NCBI RefSeq assembly: GCF_009914755.1 | Contig: NC_060930.1 | Length of the DNA stretch: 64,000 bases | From: the human T2T-CHM13v2.0 reference genome, Homo sapiens | Direction: 5' to 3' (one strand) | Shown: piece by piece, positions 25,002 through 42,855 of the stretch | How positions within the stretch are numbered: position 1 is the first letter of the stretch | Layout of the letters: each line of letters begins with the position of its first letter | The notes under the pieces: model-generated | Seen by the model: only the letters and a program-made list of their open reading frames with translations | Databases searched by the model: none | Told to the model about the DNA's origin: nothing | Made by a program: the position numbers and the translations under genes

Positions 25002-28000
25002 ATCAGGTGATGATGGATGCCAGGAAAACAAAATGATACTAGGGCAAGGGGGTGGAGAATGAGGGATGATATCACTTTAGGCAGGGTAGACAGGGAAGGT
25101 CTCTCTGGGAAGCCAAGTGAAGTGAGTAGGGAGACAGATGAATAGCTGGAGGCAAGGGCGTTTTAGACAGAGGGAGCAGAAGGTACAAAGGCCCTGAGGT
25201 GGAAACCCCTGGAGGAGCGGGATGTTAATGACACCCACCCAGCCAGGCTGTGGAGGATTCCTGGAGAGAGTCTGTGCCAACTGTAAAGCCCTGGGCACTT
25301 GTAAGCTATTGGGGTGCTTTAAATCCCCTCTTGCGTGACAGCTCTCTTCAGAGACTCACTAAACCTCCTGCCCAGCCTTGGCTGCCATGCTCAGCACCTC
25401 CCTCTCTGTGCTCACCCAGCCTATTTGGCCTGGAGCAGGGCTTGGTTTTTCCAATAACTCATTAGTGTGGCTTTTGTCATGATTGAAGAAACAAAACCCC
25501 CAACAAGAAAACTGCATTCAGCAGCATTACAGGTTATTTATGAGAGAATGTGAAGCAGCCTTGGCATTGGGGGAAGCCTAGGGGAGGCAGGAGGACCTTC
25601 TGGGTGGTGGGCTGTGACATCTTGGATCTGCCTGGTGCCGGCCACCAATGCCTCTGCCCAACAGATATAACCCCCTCTCTCCTGCCCCCGCCACCCCGAA
25701 GCCAGCCATGAATCACCACTGCTCTAGCCACTTAATTGAATTTTACCTACCCACCCAATGCCTCATTCATTCATTTATATAATCATTTATTCATTCAAAC
25801 ATGCATTGAGGGCCTACTATGTGCTAGGCACTAGCTGATGTTAACATTTATGGTTCAGAGAGATGAATCAGCAGCTGTGTACTCTAAGTCGTACCAGCTC
25901 ACAAGCTGGCAGCATCTCTTCTCAATTCCACGTTCAGGCTACAAAGCAAGACCTTTCCCCCAGACAGGTGGTTGTTGAACACTTACCAACACACCACTGT
26001 AGCAGGCCCTGGTGTCTCAGGCCACACAAACTCAAACCATAGTGGCTGACAGTCTAAAACAGAGAAGGACATTGATCCAATTTATGGTGTAACACAATCT
26101 GGCCCACCCAGATTTGTTGGCCTCAAAGCCATCCACAGCTACCACACAATCGCCTTTGCAACCTAGGAGCACACCAAGAACAGAGGAATCAGTTCTATCA
26201 TGCGAGACCTAGGAAGGCTTAATGAAGGAGACGTATTTGAGGCTGAGGCTTTGAGGTGAGATGTCTGCCTCAAGGGAGGGTGTTCCAGGTGGTGGGGACA
26301 ATTTAAGCAAAGGTCTGGAGGGAGGCCAGGCAGAGCGTGTTCACCCCACCTAGATTAAAATGCTGTAGGAGGGAGTTTTCCCCACTTGTTACCTTCCTGA
26401 TCATACCAGCAAAAGTGAACTGCTCTCCGGAGGAAAAAAGTGATATTGCAAAAGCTGGGCTGTCAGGGAGGGGCTGCTGTTAGAACACCAGGTACTGAGA
26501 GATAAGGATGCCTCTCCTCTTCCTTGCTTCTCCTCCCAGCCTCCCCCTCATCACCATTCCTTCTCAAGGAAAGGCCCGACCTGCAGGAAAAATGGCTGCA
26601 GTGTGTGAAAGGGGCAGCCAAGAGGCCACCATTGACCCACCCTCAACACCATCACCATTGGCACCACCAGCATATGCCACGGTATATAACCACGGCAACC
26701 TGGCGACGACAGTCATCCTGTCATCACTCCCTGTGGGGCTCACTGGCACTGTTACTCGGCCCCTACAGACCTACATGCACAGGCTTGGCTTACAGATATC
26801 AGGACAGACACCCAAACAGACCAAATGCTCTAAAGGACTCCAACTACATTTACTGAATGTCAGAGGAGGTCAGGATAGAATTCATTCAAGAAGCAGGTTT
26901 CCCAACGAAAACTTCATACCTGCCACCTCCTGACTCTGGAAGTTAGGGGCTCCCCCTATGTGTGCATGTCCACACATATATACACACACACATGCAGAGG
27001 CAAGAGTACATCCAGGATGCAGCAGCATTGAATGCCACACTGTTCAACTTGAGATAGGAGAGGCATGGGGGAGGCCTCAGTCTATCAGCCTCAATCACTC
27101 CTCCCAGGCCTGGTGAGCTGGTGCCAGCCCAGGCCTGGCCCGCATCCTCCCAGCCACCCTGCCAACCTCACCCAATTGCCTGATGAGGGCCTGAGCTGTC
27201 CACCAGTTCAAGGCAGGCTCCCACTCTCCTTTACCAATCCATTGCTGGAGGACGACTATACACCACCTTTGTAGAACACTCCACAGTCCTCAAAGGGCAG
27301 TCACGTATTCGCTCATGTAATCGTGGGAACCCTGGGATGTCATTAGGGTCTCCAGTCTATAGAGGAGGAAACTGAGGTTCCGAGTGACTGGAGATGCAAA
27401 CACAAGCACCACTAATCCTAATAACTAAGCTTTACGGGTTCCATGTGCAGCATTATCTCCCTCCACCCTCATCACAGCCCTTTAAGAGGTGCTATGTTTA
27501 TCCCCACTTTCCAGCAAAGGACCCTCAGCACCGTTTCTGTGGTGAACAAGTTCACTGTGAGCTCCAGGGTCTCCCTAGTTGGCCCAGAACCTTGGCCCCT
27601 GCTTTTATCCTTGTCACACTGCCCCCTCATGAGCTCATCCATCCCATGGTTCTGATTACCACTCAGTGACCTGCAGACAGTGTGGCGTGGGGCCAGGAGC
27701 ATTTCTCTGGAGTCTGACTGCCAGCTTCTTAGCTGTGTGACCTTAAGCAGGTTACATCACCTCTCTGTGCCCCAGTTTGCTTGTCTGTAAAACAAGGCTA
27801 ACAGTAGTAAACATAAGAGCAAATTCTTCCAGAGTGCTTATTTTGTGAGAGGCACTATTCTACACCAATTACAAGTATTAACTCTTGAATCTTCACCACA
27901 TCCAGTGAGGTAAGCCCTTAGCCCAGGGCCAGGAGTGCTGCCTGCACTTGGTAATTGTTTGGCGATGATGAGCTGTATATTCTGGCTGAGCCCCCTGAGG

Positions 28001-28031
28001 CTGCCCAGCTATCTGCTTAAAACACAACCCT

Positions 28032-28350
28032 GGCTGGGCACAGTAGCTCACTCCTGTAATCTCAGCACTTTGGGAGGCTGAGGCAGGAGGATCACCTGAG
28101 GTCAAGAGTTCGAGACCAGCCTGGCCAACATGGTGAAACCCCGTTTCTACTAAAAGTACAAAAAATTAGCCGGGCGTGGTGGCGGATGCCTGTAATCCCA
28201 GCTACTCAAGAGGCTGAGGCAGGAGAATCGCTTGAACCCAGGAGGTAGAGTTTGCAGTAAACTGAGATTGCGCCACTGCACTCCAGCCTGGGCAACAGAG
28301 CAAGACTCCATCTCAGAAACAAAACAAGACAACAACAACAACAACAAAAA
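28032..28350 (+). mobile_element. Alu (AluS) with a (CAA)n tail
   Basis: Full Alu. Confidence 0.95.
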
Positions 28351-28364
28351 ACCACAAAACCCCA

Positions 28365-29330
28365 TTCCTTCTCCCATGTTTCTCATCTTGGTGAATGGCT
28401 CGTCATTCTCTCATCACCCGGGCAGACGCCTGGAACCTAACCTTGGGCTCTTCCTTTCCTCTCCAAATGCACATTCAAATTCAGCAGCTCTGCCTCCTCC
28501 AACTCTCATCTCCTCCATCCTTCCATCCATTTCCTGTTCCCATCACTGAGGCTTCTGAGGCTTCGGTGCAGCCCTACTCATTTCTCCCCTGGATTATGCA
28601 GCGGCTTCCTGCTTCCAGCCCACACATGTTACAAGCCAACCCCCTGTGCTGGCAGAGGAGACTTCTGAATCACAAATCCACTGAAAATCCCTCTGTGTCC
28701 CTCCACAGCCTACAGGATCAAGTTCAGACTCTCCAGCTTAGCACCAGTGCTTGTAGGATTTGGGCCCTGCCTTCCTCCCCTCTGCTCCCAGCCCACGCAC
28801 TGCAATATGGCCACTCTGGGCATGCCAGTTCATTCCTCTGGCCCTTTGCACATGCGGTTTGCACAGTCTGGAGTGTCCTGCCCATCCTCCTTCATCTGAC
28901 CAGCCCCCCACATCCCTCATGACTCAGCTCAGGCAACATCTCTTCCCAGAAGTCTTGCTGGAGTTCCACTAAATGCTTCTCCTTCATGCTCCTAGAATAA
29001 TACTCTTAACTCATTGAAATTATAATGACATTATCTGTGTGTTGTCCCACCAAACACAGATGTTGCCTGGAGGCAGATGGTTAAAAGCAAGTATTGCAGT
29101 CAGATGGTCACAGGTTCTGATTCCAGCTCTACCGTTTACTAATGGTGTGATCTTAGGCAAGTTACTTAACCTCTTTGAGTCTCAGTTTCCTGATCTCTAG
29201 TGATAGGAGGCGAATGGTAGTACCTGCCACAGAAAGTGGTTGTGAGACTCTTGATGTAGCAGGAAAAGTGCCAAGCACAGTGTCTAGCTCAATCCAAACA
29301 CTCAATAAATGTTAGCTATTATTATCTAAT
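28365..29330 (+). mobile_element. L2 followed by MIR
   Basis: L2 'ggccctttgcacatgcgg...tctggagtgtcctgccc'; MIR 'tgtgatcttaggcaagttacttaacctct'. Confidence 0.65.
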
Positions 29331-29821
29331 ATAAGATTCTGTCTTTTTCATCTTCCTGTTACTATTGCCAAAAATATGGCCAGCCATGTGCCAGATAGTT
29401 AATGTCTTTTGAACTGAATCAAAGTGAAATAACTTGGAAACAGTTTCTGTCTGAATCAGGGTTTCTAAGTTGCAAGCAACAGAAATCACACTGGCTGTTT
29501 TATGCAGAAAAGGAATTTACAAAGGAAATCAGGTAGTTCACACAATCTCTAGGAGGACCAGAGGATGAGGCCTGGAAACCACAGTCAGGAACACAGTGTC
29601 CAAATGACACCCTAGACCTGTTGCTGTGGATGCCCATCTACCCCCACAACTGGCACAGACTCTGCAGCCTATACTACTGACACTGGGCACTGAACTCTAG
29701 AGATTGTCCCTAACATTTGGGAGGCTCAGGGAAAGAGGACAAATGGAGACTCTCATGCTCTATATCCAAGTATTTCAAAATCTCAGTGCTCACAATCTAT
29801 TAAATGAAATATATTAGAATC

Positions 29822-30345
29822 TGTTCCTGTTACTACGGCTGCATAAGAAGTGCCAAAACTTAGTGGTATAAAACTAACATTTATTAAGCTCCTAGATTTT
29901 GTGGATCAGGAAGTCAGATCCTGAATGGTTTGTCTCTGCCCTGTAATGCTGAGGCCTCAGCTGGAAGGTTCAGAGACTGGGGACTGGAAGCATCTGTAGG
30001 CTTACTCATTCACATGTCTGGTAGTTGACTGGAGGCCTCGGTCCCTCTCCATGTGTCTCTCCACGAGGACTGCGCTTCCTCACAGCATGATGGATGGATT
30101 CCAAGGGCAAGTTTCCTAAGAAAGAGACACCCATAAGAAGCTGGATTGCCTTTCATGACCTAGCATCCGAAGTCATGCAGTACCACTTCTGTCACACTCT
30201 ATTCATCAAAGCAGTCACAAAGTGCTGCCCAGATGCAAGGGGAGGGGAAGTGGACTCTGCCTCTTGGTGGGGAATGTAAAGATCTGAAAGAGCAAGCAAG
30301 ATGACACGCTGCCGTTACCATTTTTAGAAAATACAGTCTTCCACA
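29822..30345 (-). mobile_element. MaLR solo LTR (MLT1H-like)
   Basis: TG...CA termini; imperfect 5-bp TSD gaatc/gattc; 'aaaacttagtgg', 'ttcacatgtctgg' and 'gaagtcatgcagtaccacttctg' motifs. Confidence 0.75.
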
Positions 30346-31159
30346 GATTCTACACCTTGACACATAAACTTTTATAACAGCCAGGAAGGTCAGGTTCAGA
30401 CTCAGAATCCTCAGAACTGTGCTACAAAAGGGTGGTGCAGGGAATCTGCCTCCAGCCCCTGTCCCTTCTCTTTCTTCCCTTTGGCCCTGTCCTGCCCTGC
30501 AAGGGGCCCCTGGGCTTGTGTGTAGACATTCCTGCCTACCGGCCCAAGTTCTCTTCACATCCCCCACCAACAAACACCCCTGGGCTGCCTCTCAGGCTTT
30601 AGGGTACACCACTGCAGTGTGATCTACCTTCGGAAGACAGACCCAGGAAAGAGGCCTGTACAGGCCCTGGAAGTGGGTATGGGGCCATTTGGACAGGAAA
30701 TCTGGGATCCTGGTTCTCAAAGCACGATGTAGAAGTAGAGGTGTGGGCTCTGGGTAGGCATGTCCCTTGGTCCTGCAGATTCCTGACCCTGACGGGAGGA
30801 GTGTGGCTGGAGGAGGACCACAGTAGGACTCTATAAATGCATGGGCCAAAGCAGGGACTCCTCTTGCCCAGGTCTAAGGGGTGGTACTCCCTAGAACTTC
30901 TGCCATCACAGCCTCTGGAAGTTGGGTGCCTCTGCTGCTACACTCACCAAAATAGAGGCCATGCTTCTTCAGAGACTTCTCTGGATACATTTATTTGGGG
31001 CAGCCTAAGTTACATACCTGGTATAAGGGAGCCCAGGAAAGCGAGCTTCTGGCTGCTACTTAGGGGAGAGGCAGACACATAAGATATGGAGGTTCCAGAT
31101 AAAGAAAGAAGGCTTAAAAGCCCCAGGCAGCCAAGAAGAATGACAAATGTCTAGTACAG

Positions 31160-32262
<1,103 letters not shown>

Positions 32263-33556
32263 AAACCATGAAAGCTTGGAGTCATGTGGATGGGAAGGAG
32301 AAGACTTGCAAATGGGTCTTTAAGTAAAAGAGTGAGAGAGATCTGGGCTGGAGACAAGAATTTGGATTTCATCAGTGCATTGAAACCAAGATCATGGATG
32401 CAGTGCCCCAGAGAACATGAAGATGAAGACAAGAGAGCTAGAGACAGTCCCTGGGGAACATTGCCTTGTAAGAGTCCACCTGGGGAGGTGGTACCCTGGG
32501 GAACCAGTGAATTTGGGTGGTTTTTCTACCAGAGCCCAACTCTCTCTTTAGTGACCTCTCCAACCCTGGGCAGCAGCATCCCATCCTGTCTAGAACAGGC
32601 ATGTCAAGAGTTCACACTCTTTGGATGAAGATCACTTCCCTTCAGTCATGCTATAGACCGCGTGTTACAATGCAGCATTTCTGAGGAAAATCCCCAGAAA
32701 AGTTAGTCAAGCAATCTGAAAAATGGGAAAAAGTATTATAATTCTTTTGTGAGAATTAGAGCTTCATAATCAACATAGAGATGTTATTTGTTCAAAGGAA
32801 TCAACTGATGTCAAGTTGAAAGCAAGAGCCAGAAACCCTGATACATGGAGTTGAAGGTTAAGGTCAACATCTCTGGGAGCTAGGACAGGAGTTCATAGGC
32901 AAGAATGTCACCATCTAATCAGTCAGTCTTCCTGACTGGGAGCTGTTGCCCTCATATCAGTGCATGTTTGTGGCCCTGTCTGCTGCCAATGGTGAGTCAT
33001 TCTTACAAATAAAATAAATATTAATAAGTTATAAGCACAGTATACTTAATACCAATCCTGTGAGCAATGTTTCAAGAAATAAGTTTTGGAAGCAAAATAA
33101 GCCCTTAAGTTGGCAATTGTAATACATGTAGTACTTACTGTTAACCTTGCTAGGAGATCTGAATATTACATTCTTCAAATACTGTGCAGTCACGGTCACT
33201 GCCCTTTTCCAGCATTTGAATATTTGCTATGGCAGAAATGCAAAGAGAAGAAGATAGGAATGTGGTAGAATTCTCAGACACAAAATCGGAAACTGATCTA
33301 AAGTCTGAACGAATAAAAGCAATATCTATTTCAGTGACAAAAAGAAAATCAGGGAAAGCAAAGTACTTTCATTGTTAAAAGATAAATAAATGAGCTTATT
33401 TGAAGCATATAACATATAGCATGCTCTAACACCCAAATTGAAGATGCGTTTAGACACATGCTTAATGATTCAACCCATATCAACACACAATATTTTTTTC
33501 TATATCTGGGATATTTGTTACAAAACAAAGATCAAGAGTGTCAGGCTAAAATCTTA

Positions 33557-35128
<1,572 letters not shown>

Positions 35129-35819
35129 TCAAAAGTTCCCAAGAATTTTTAGTGATTCCAGTTTCTCATTCCCCAAACCCCCAAATTAGTCTCAGAAATT
35201 TGGAAACACTGTGCAGACTTGTGGAATCCCCTGTGGTTGGGACCACTGGATTCACCCAGGCACAGGGGCACTGGATAGATAGGGAGGGCAGTTTTGCCAG
35301 ACACCAGCCCAGGCAACCTCGGTTGGAGGATGCCAAGCCCACCAGCAGCCACCCCGTCAGGGTGCGACCAGGTGCCTAGCACCCCAGTACCCTTGCTAAA
35401 CTTGAAGCAAACAGAACGCTGGGTGTCTGCCACCTCCTTCCCTGGGAGAAGAGAAGAGTAACATTTACCTTCCTTCCAATTTTGTCCTTTTCAAATGTCA
35501 ACAGGGAAGGGAGGGGGGCTCTGTTCCTCTCTCAGCTCCACACCAGTCTCCCCAGAAGAATCTCTCACTCCATGTCTCCCTGTCTGCAAAGATGGGATGG
35601 GGGAGGTGTGTGGGCAGGGACACTTCCTGGGATCCCTAGAAGATCAGGGTGGCTCAGGGGCAAGGAAGTCTGCCCCAGTTGAGGTGAAGAGAGCTGGGGA
35701 ACCTCTCTTTTGGGCTTCCTGGAACCCACATAATGCAGAAAGTGATAGAAGTCACAGAATGAAGAGACCATCACAGGAGACGTGGGGCCACCTGGTTCTA
35801 CGCCTCAGGGATAGATGGC

Positions 35820-36565
35820 TCGATTATCTATGCCACATGTAAAGCACCCCAAAACGTAATGGTTTAAAACAGTAAGTGTTTTGTTTGATCAGAATTCTGT
35901 GATTCAAGAATTCTGACAGGTTACAGTAGGGACAGATCATCTTGGATCCATGTGACGTCTCCTGGAGCTGGAAGTTCATGATTTCTTCATTCACAGATGG
36001 GTGGTTGGAATGGCTCTACTGGGTCATGTATCTGGGTTCCCTGGTTCTCCTCCATGCAGTCTCAGGTCTTCTTCCCCTCCACTGGGATTTTCCATGGGTA
36101 GTCTTTCCTAAAAAATAGCAGAGCATCTTAGGTCGTGGTTCAGAGCTCACCAGAGTTCTAAAGTGAAAGTTACCAGGCAATGGGGTGCTGGTATCTGACT
36201 TTACAACAAAGAAAATAAAAAGGAAGGAAAGATCCCTGATGTGTAGTATTTGCCAGTCTCTGTGGTGTAAATATTTCTGCCAGTACTAATTTAAAGTTAC
36301 CAACTTGATGTTAATATGCTCATAAAATTCGAGAAAATTTAACTATCAGCTCTTACAAGCTGGTACAAGCCAGCTTCATCACACCAGGGCTGCCAGGCTT
36401 CTTAAGGCTTAGGCCAGGAATTGACACAGCATCACCTCTGCCATGTCCTATTGGTTAAGGCAGCACTCAAGGCCAGCCCAGAATCAACGTGAGAGAGGCG
36501 TACACAAGGGCATGAATGCTGGAAGGTGTGCTTCATTGGGGGCCACCAAAGTAACAGATTACCAG
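35820..36565 (-). mobile_element. MaLR LTR (MLT1G/H-like) with a MER63-like hAT-Blackjack insertion at ~36178-36389
   Basis: MER63-type ends 'caatggggtgctgg' and 'catcacaccaggg' with an imperfect 8-bp TSD ttaccagg/ctgccagg. Confidence 0.65.
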
Positions 36566-37071
36566 GGACAATAACATTAATCATGGGTACAGTTCCAGTG
36601 GCCCACCAGGTATACCAGATGTTTTACCGGGCACTTTGCAAATATTACCCTTTTCAGCCTGGTGAAGTAGGTGTTATTAACCCCATTTTAGTGGTGAGTT
36701 CGCTGAGCTCAGGAAGGGTGGCAGAGTGGAAGCTTTGGATCCTATTTGCCTCCGGTAGCGAGGCGTCCCCTCTCCAGGAGGGTAGGAGCACTGTAGTTTT
36801 CAGGTGGGATTAGGGAACTTGAGTGTATCCAGGAGCACAGGAAATCAGTTCTTACTAAATTAGTGCTCGTCAAATCTGGGAGTGTGTTGGGGAATGACAT
36901 GAATGAACACGAAGAGGAAGAGCAAGAAGAATAAGAACTGAATCACCAAAATCCTGGAACATTATTATTGTTATTAATACTTAACATTGAGAACTTACTA
37001 TGTGCTAGAGACTCTGGTAGAAATTTTACATACATTATCTCATTTAATCCTTATAGTCCTATGTGGGAGGC

Positions 37072-37074
37072 TTT

Positions 37075-37105
<31 letters not shown>

Positions 37106-37390
37106 TTTTTGAGACAGGGTGGCCTTGCTCTGTTGTGCAGGCTGTAGTGCAGTAGCATGATCACAGCTTACCACAGCCTCAACCTCCCGAGCTTAAGTGA
37201 TCCTCCCTCCTCCCATGCTGGGACTACACATGCATGCCACCATGCCCGGCTAATTTTTGTATTTTTTGTAGAGACGGGGTTTCACCATTTTTCCCAAGCT
37301 GGTCTCAAATGTCTGGCCTCAAACAATCTGCCTGCCTTGGCCTCCCAAGGTGTTGGGATTGCAGATGCGAGCCGCTGTGTCCAGCCAGGC
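37072..37390 (-). mobile_element. Alu (AluJ-like) with a (TTTA)n tail, inserted in a MIR
   Basis: Reverse Alu with MIR on both flanks. Confidence 0.9.
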
Positions 37391-37562
37391 TCTGCTATTA
37401 TCTATTTCTCCTAGGAGGAGACAGGCTCAGAGAAGTTACCTGGCTCACCCAGGGTCACACAGCCAGAAAGTGGCAGAGTCAGGGTTTGAACCCAAATCTA
37501 CCCAATGCTGAAGTTTAAGCTTCTTTTGAGTGCTAGAACTAGGGCAAGAAGTTGTTCTGGGG

Positions 37563-37727
37563 CAGGGTTCCAACCCTGGGCATGAGGCTAGAACTGCGTT
37601 TCAACGCATTGTAATCCTGTGTGTTTTATTTTATTTTATGCATTTGAAATATCATACTGAGAAGGGGTTCTGAGAATTCCCTAGGCTTCCAAAAGGTCCA
37701 TGACTCAAACAAAGTTAAGAATCACGT
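37563..37727. mobile_element. hAT-Charlie fragment (Charlie4z-like)
   Basis: 'ttttatgcatttgaaat...gagaaggggt...aaaaggtccatg...gttaagaat'. Confidence 0.55.
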
Positions 37728-40700
37728 TCAAAAGCAAGTAAGAGGCATTTGGTGTCCAGAGAAGTGGACTGAGAGAAGACGCAGAGCCAGTTTCCATGAG
37801 CTCCTCAGTGACACAGATAGGGGAATGGGGATCTATTTCTCATCCTCGAGGCTGGTGCTGCCACCCTAGTACTCCACATCCATGTCGGAGACCTTGAAGC
37901 TGACCTGGGCCAAAGGCTCTGATCTGTGGGTGCTGGTCAGCAAGCAGGAAGTTCCAACTTTAGAGACCAGCTGATCCACCTGTAAGCCCACTGGCTGCAG
38001 CCTCGGCCCTCACCCTGGCTCTCCGCCCCCTTCTCTGACACGTGTGGGCAGGCTGGGCATCTCCAGGAACCAGGTGCCTGCTGCACCGAGAGGCAATTTA
38101 TGAACTGTGGGTATTTTGTCTGTTTACTTGAAAGCACAAAAATTTGTCACTCGTGTGGGTAATTTGCTGCTAATTACGAGCTTACAATCTGCAGATAGGA
38201 AAATCAGGGCCAACGTGCGCTTCTTGAGGAAAAGGAAAATTACCCCAAGTACTGTGTAATTATACACTTAGCGGGCACAGCGCTCCCAACCCTCACCCTT
38301 CCCACAGAGGGCTGACGGTGCAGGGTGAGTTTGCACACATGCCCACCGAGGCTCCCTCTCTGGGGAGGGGAGGGCTGGCTGGCTGCTGAGACCCAGCACC
38401 AGTTCCCCTCATCCCTTCCTTCCTCCACCACACAAAGGAGAAGCGAGAAAGGACTTAGGCACTTTCCTTGGAGCTTCCAGTCTGAGTAGGGGGACACAGC
38501 CTCTGCCCTCAGGGCTTCCCAACACCGATGGAGAGGGCATAGGCCAAGACCTGAGGAAGGCCGCAGTCTAACACAGGAGACACCATCCCTGCCGGCAGGG
38601 GCCCCGCTCTGATTGGAAGGACAGACACTCGGCCTGCAGGAATCCCTGTACTCCAAAGTGCCTGCACTCAGGTCATGCCCTGCCCTCAGGAAGCCCCAGG
38701 TCGGTAAGAGATGGTACAGCCCCTGCCCTGGCTTTGGAAGTCCCCAGTGTAATGGGGAAAAACACAGTTCCTGTCTATAGAGGCTTCAACTCTGACCAAG
38801 AAGACACACCTCTTGCCCTCAGGAAGCCCTTGGTCTGGTGGGGTAGACTGGGCCCTACAACAGAGTTCCTTTCTATTTGATAGGGAGATGTAGCCCCTGC
38901 TTTCTGGTTGTCTCTGAGCTTCTTTCTGTTCGTGTCCATGTAAAATGAACAATGTGACAGTGAGACTCAGAGCCGGTCTATTAATCACCTTCCCAGCTCT
39001 GGAAGATGTGTACCCAGCCCCCAGCACCTCCCTGTAAATATCCGCAGTACCCTTTCCTTGCGACCCTCACACCTTGCAGATTCCCTCCAGCCATTCTCGT
39101 GTGATGTGTCAGCTGATCTTAGAAGAATCCCTGTCTCTTTCTGTCTTCCTGATCCCCTTTATTTGCTGGCCTAAATCATTCATGACTTGCAATAAAGGCC
39201 TTATGGCCCCGCCCAGCCCCCTGCAGAAAATATTATTTAACGGAAAGGTGACAGTTATGTAATTTAGTCTCCGTCTCCATTATTGATGAATTTGATCATG
39301 AAATATTTAGGCTCCTCCATGTTCCGCTGCTCAGGGTCTGACAGTATCAGTGTCGCATTCCAGTTTATCCTCATGGAAGATGTGTCCACCAGGAATGCCT
39401 GGCCTTACCCACCCAAGGCTGCACCTCGCCTTTCAGCACAAACCCCAGGTCTCCCGAGCTGTCCCCACTCGGGGCTCCACCCAGCACTGGCAACAAGGGT
39501 CCTGTGCACTCTGGAAATCTCCCCAGCCACCAGCAAAGTGGCCAGAGTCCATGAAGAGACCTGTGAATTCAATAGTCAGATAGAACAGAGAGAGGGAGGG
39601 AGGAAAGCATTGTGTCTTAAGTATAAGTGCTGGCCCAGTGTTAACTCATTTAATTCTCTACCAACCCCATAAGGTAGATATTAGTAGAACCATTTGCATT
39701 TGAGGTCATGGAAGCTCAGAGAGGTTGAGACATTTTCCCAAGGTCACTCAGCTAGGCTGTGGGGGAGCCGAAATGGATCACAGAGCTTGCAAGCCACTGT
39801 TGTCTCCACTCCACTCTGGTGAAAACACATTCTGCCAGAAGACATGGCTCAGTCAACATTACACATGTGTTCAGTGACTCCCAGTCCAATGCCCTTCCTG
39901 TTCTGGATCATCGTTCTTAGCTGGATTCAGGTGGAGTAGGGAAAAGACGGAAGAAAGAGAAGACAGGATTCGTGTCCTCAAAGGATTCCCAGCCTGCTGG
40001 GGGAGACAGCATCCCTGGGGAGCTGAGATTACCAGCAGGAAGCCACAGCAATTCTGCTGGCCCAAGTTGGGATGGAGCTGCAATGGGGAAACAGAAGCCT
40101 GAGCCTCATTTTCCTACCCCGGAAGCTGGAGGAAAGCAGGTTAGTACTTTCAACAATGGCACAGCCCTCCATTGTGCTGAGGCCTGAAAAGTTACTGACA
40201 AAATCTTCTTCCTCCAGACTCTGCAGGCTGACTATATGTTTGTCTGTCTGTCTGTCTCCGGCTGCGGATAATTGATGAGCAGCTCTGGTGCAATGTTTAA
40301 ATATGCATTAGGCTAATTGCGTGGTAATTAAATAGACAAGACCATTACGGCTGCTCAGGGGCCCATCTGTGTTCTGGTGTCTCCCCGTGCAGCAGACAGG
40401 CCTGGGGGTCTCAAGACACTGAGGACCCAGACTGGCAGGGGGATGGACAAGGTGACCCCTCAGAGGGGCTGAAGAGGGCTGGCAAGTGGAGCCTGTAGGC
40501 ACTGCAGTACGAGGGAGACTTTCCTAACCACAAGTCTCCAGCTATTAAATGAGGGGAGTGAGCTCCCTGTTGTTGGAGTTAAGCAAGCAGATAAACAAGG
40601 ATCCCTGCAGCATTTTGAGGAAAGAGGTGTGGATAAATCCTGAGATTGCTTCCATTTCCTAGATTCTGGGTTTCTATGATCTAGGTCAAGCCCCTCTCTT

Positions 40701-41149
40701 TGTTCCTGTCTCACCGCTCCCCCCACCCATGCCCTGCCAAGCAGAGGCATCTTGCCCATGTGGGAGAGTAAGGGAGTGGAGGCCACACAAGCGGCAGGGA
40801 GGAGGCCGGAGATCTGATTGCCCCCCACCAAACAAGGATACCCAGTATGTGCTGCAGAGACCCCAGAGATGGGGACCTGCAAGGATAGCCCCAGCCCCTT
40901 CCCAGCCTCATTCCTGTCCCTGCAGGAGAGAGGTTTCTGCCAGGGTCTGGGGACAGGCTCGTTTCATCGTCTGGCGCCTCATGTGTAAATATTTCATATC
41001 CCCATTGAATATTTTGGGATGATTATGAATTCTTGATGTGATAAGAACCTTGGTATGTATGAAATGCAGTCGGCTGCCACTGGGAGGGAAGGCACAGGGG
41101 AAGGCAAATCAGGTAAATCATTACACACCCTGAGCCCAGGCAAACTGGC

Positions 41150-41350
41150 TGACACCCACATACCAACCGCATGCCAGCACACAACAGCATGTCAGCCACA
41201 CTCTACCCACATACCACCAACACAACACGCACACGTCATATTCACATGCCACCCACACCAACGGCATGCCACCCATATACCATCCATTTACTCTCTGATC
41301 CTGGTAACTGTCATTGTCATCATCAGTGTCATTATCACCATCTCACCCAT
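41150..41350. repeat. CA-rich / (TCA)n low-complexity sequence
   Basis: Degenerate cacccacatacc / catgcc units followed by tcattgtcatcatc. Confidence 0.6.
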
Positions 41351-41514
41351 CCACCTGGCACAAGACCATAAGATGCTGGTCCATGGCCAGCCTCTTACGT
41401 GGGGTCAGAAGGACAGGGATCATGATCTTGCATTAACTACAGCACAGAGAGGAGAAGCCACTATCCCTTGGCCACACAGAGACAAAATTACTCATAGGCA
41501 GTAAAAACCCTTTA

Positions 41515-42855
<1,341 letters not shown>

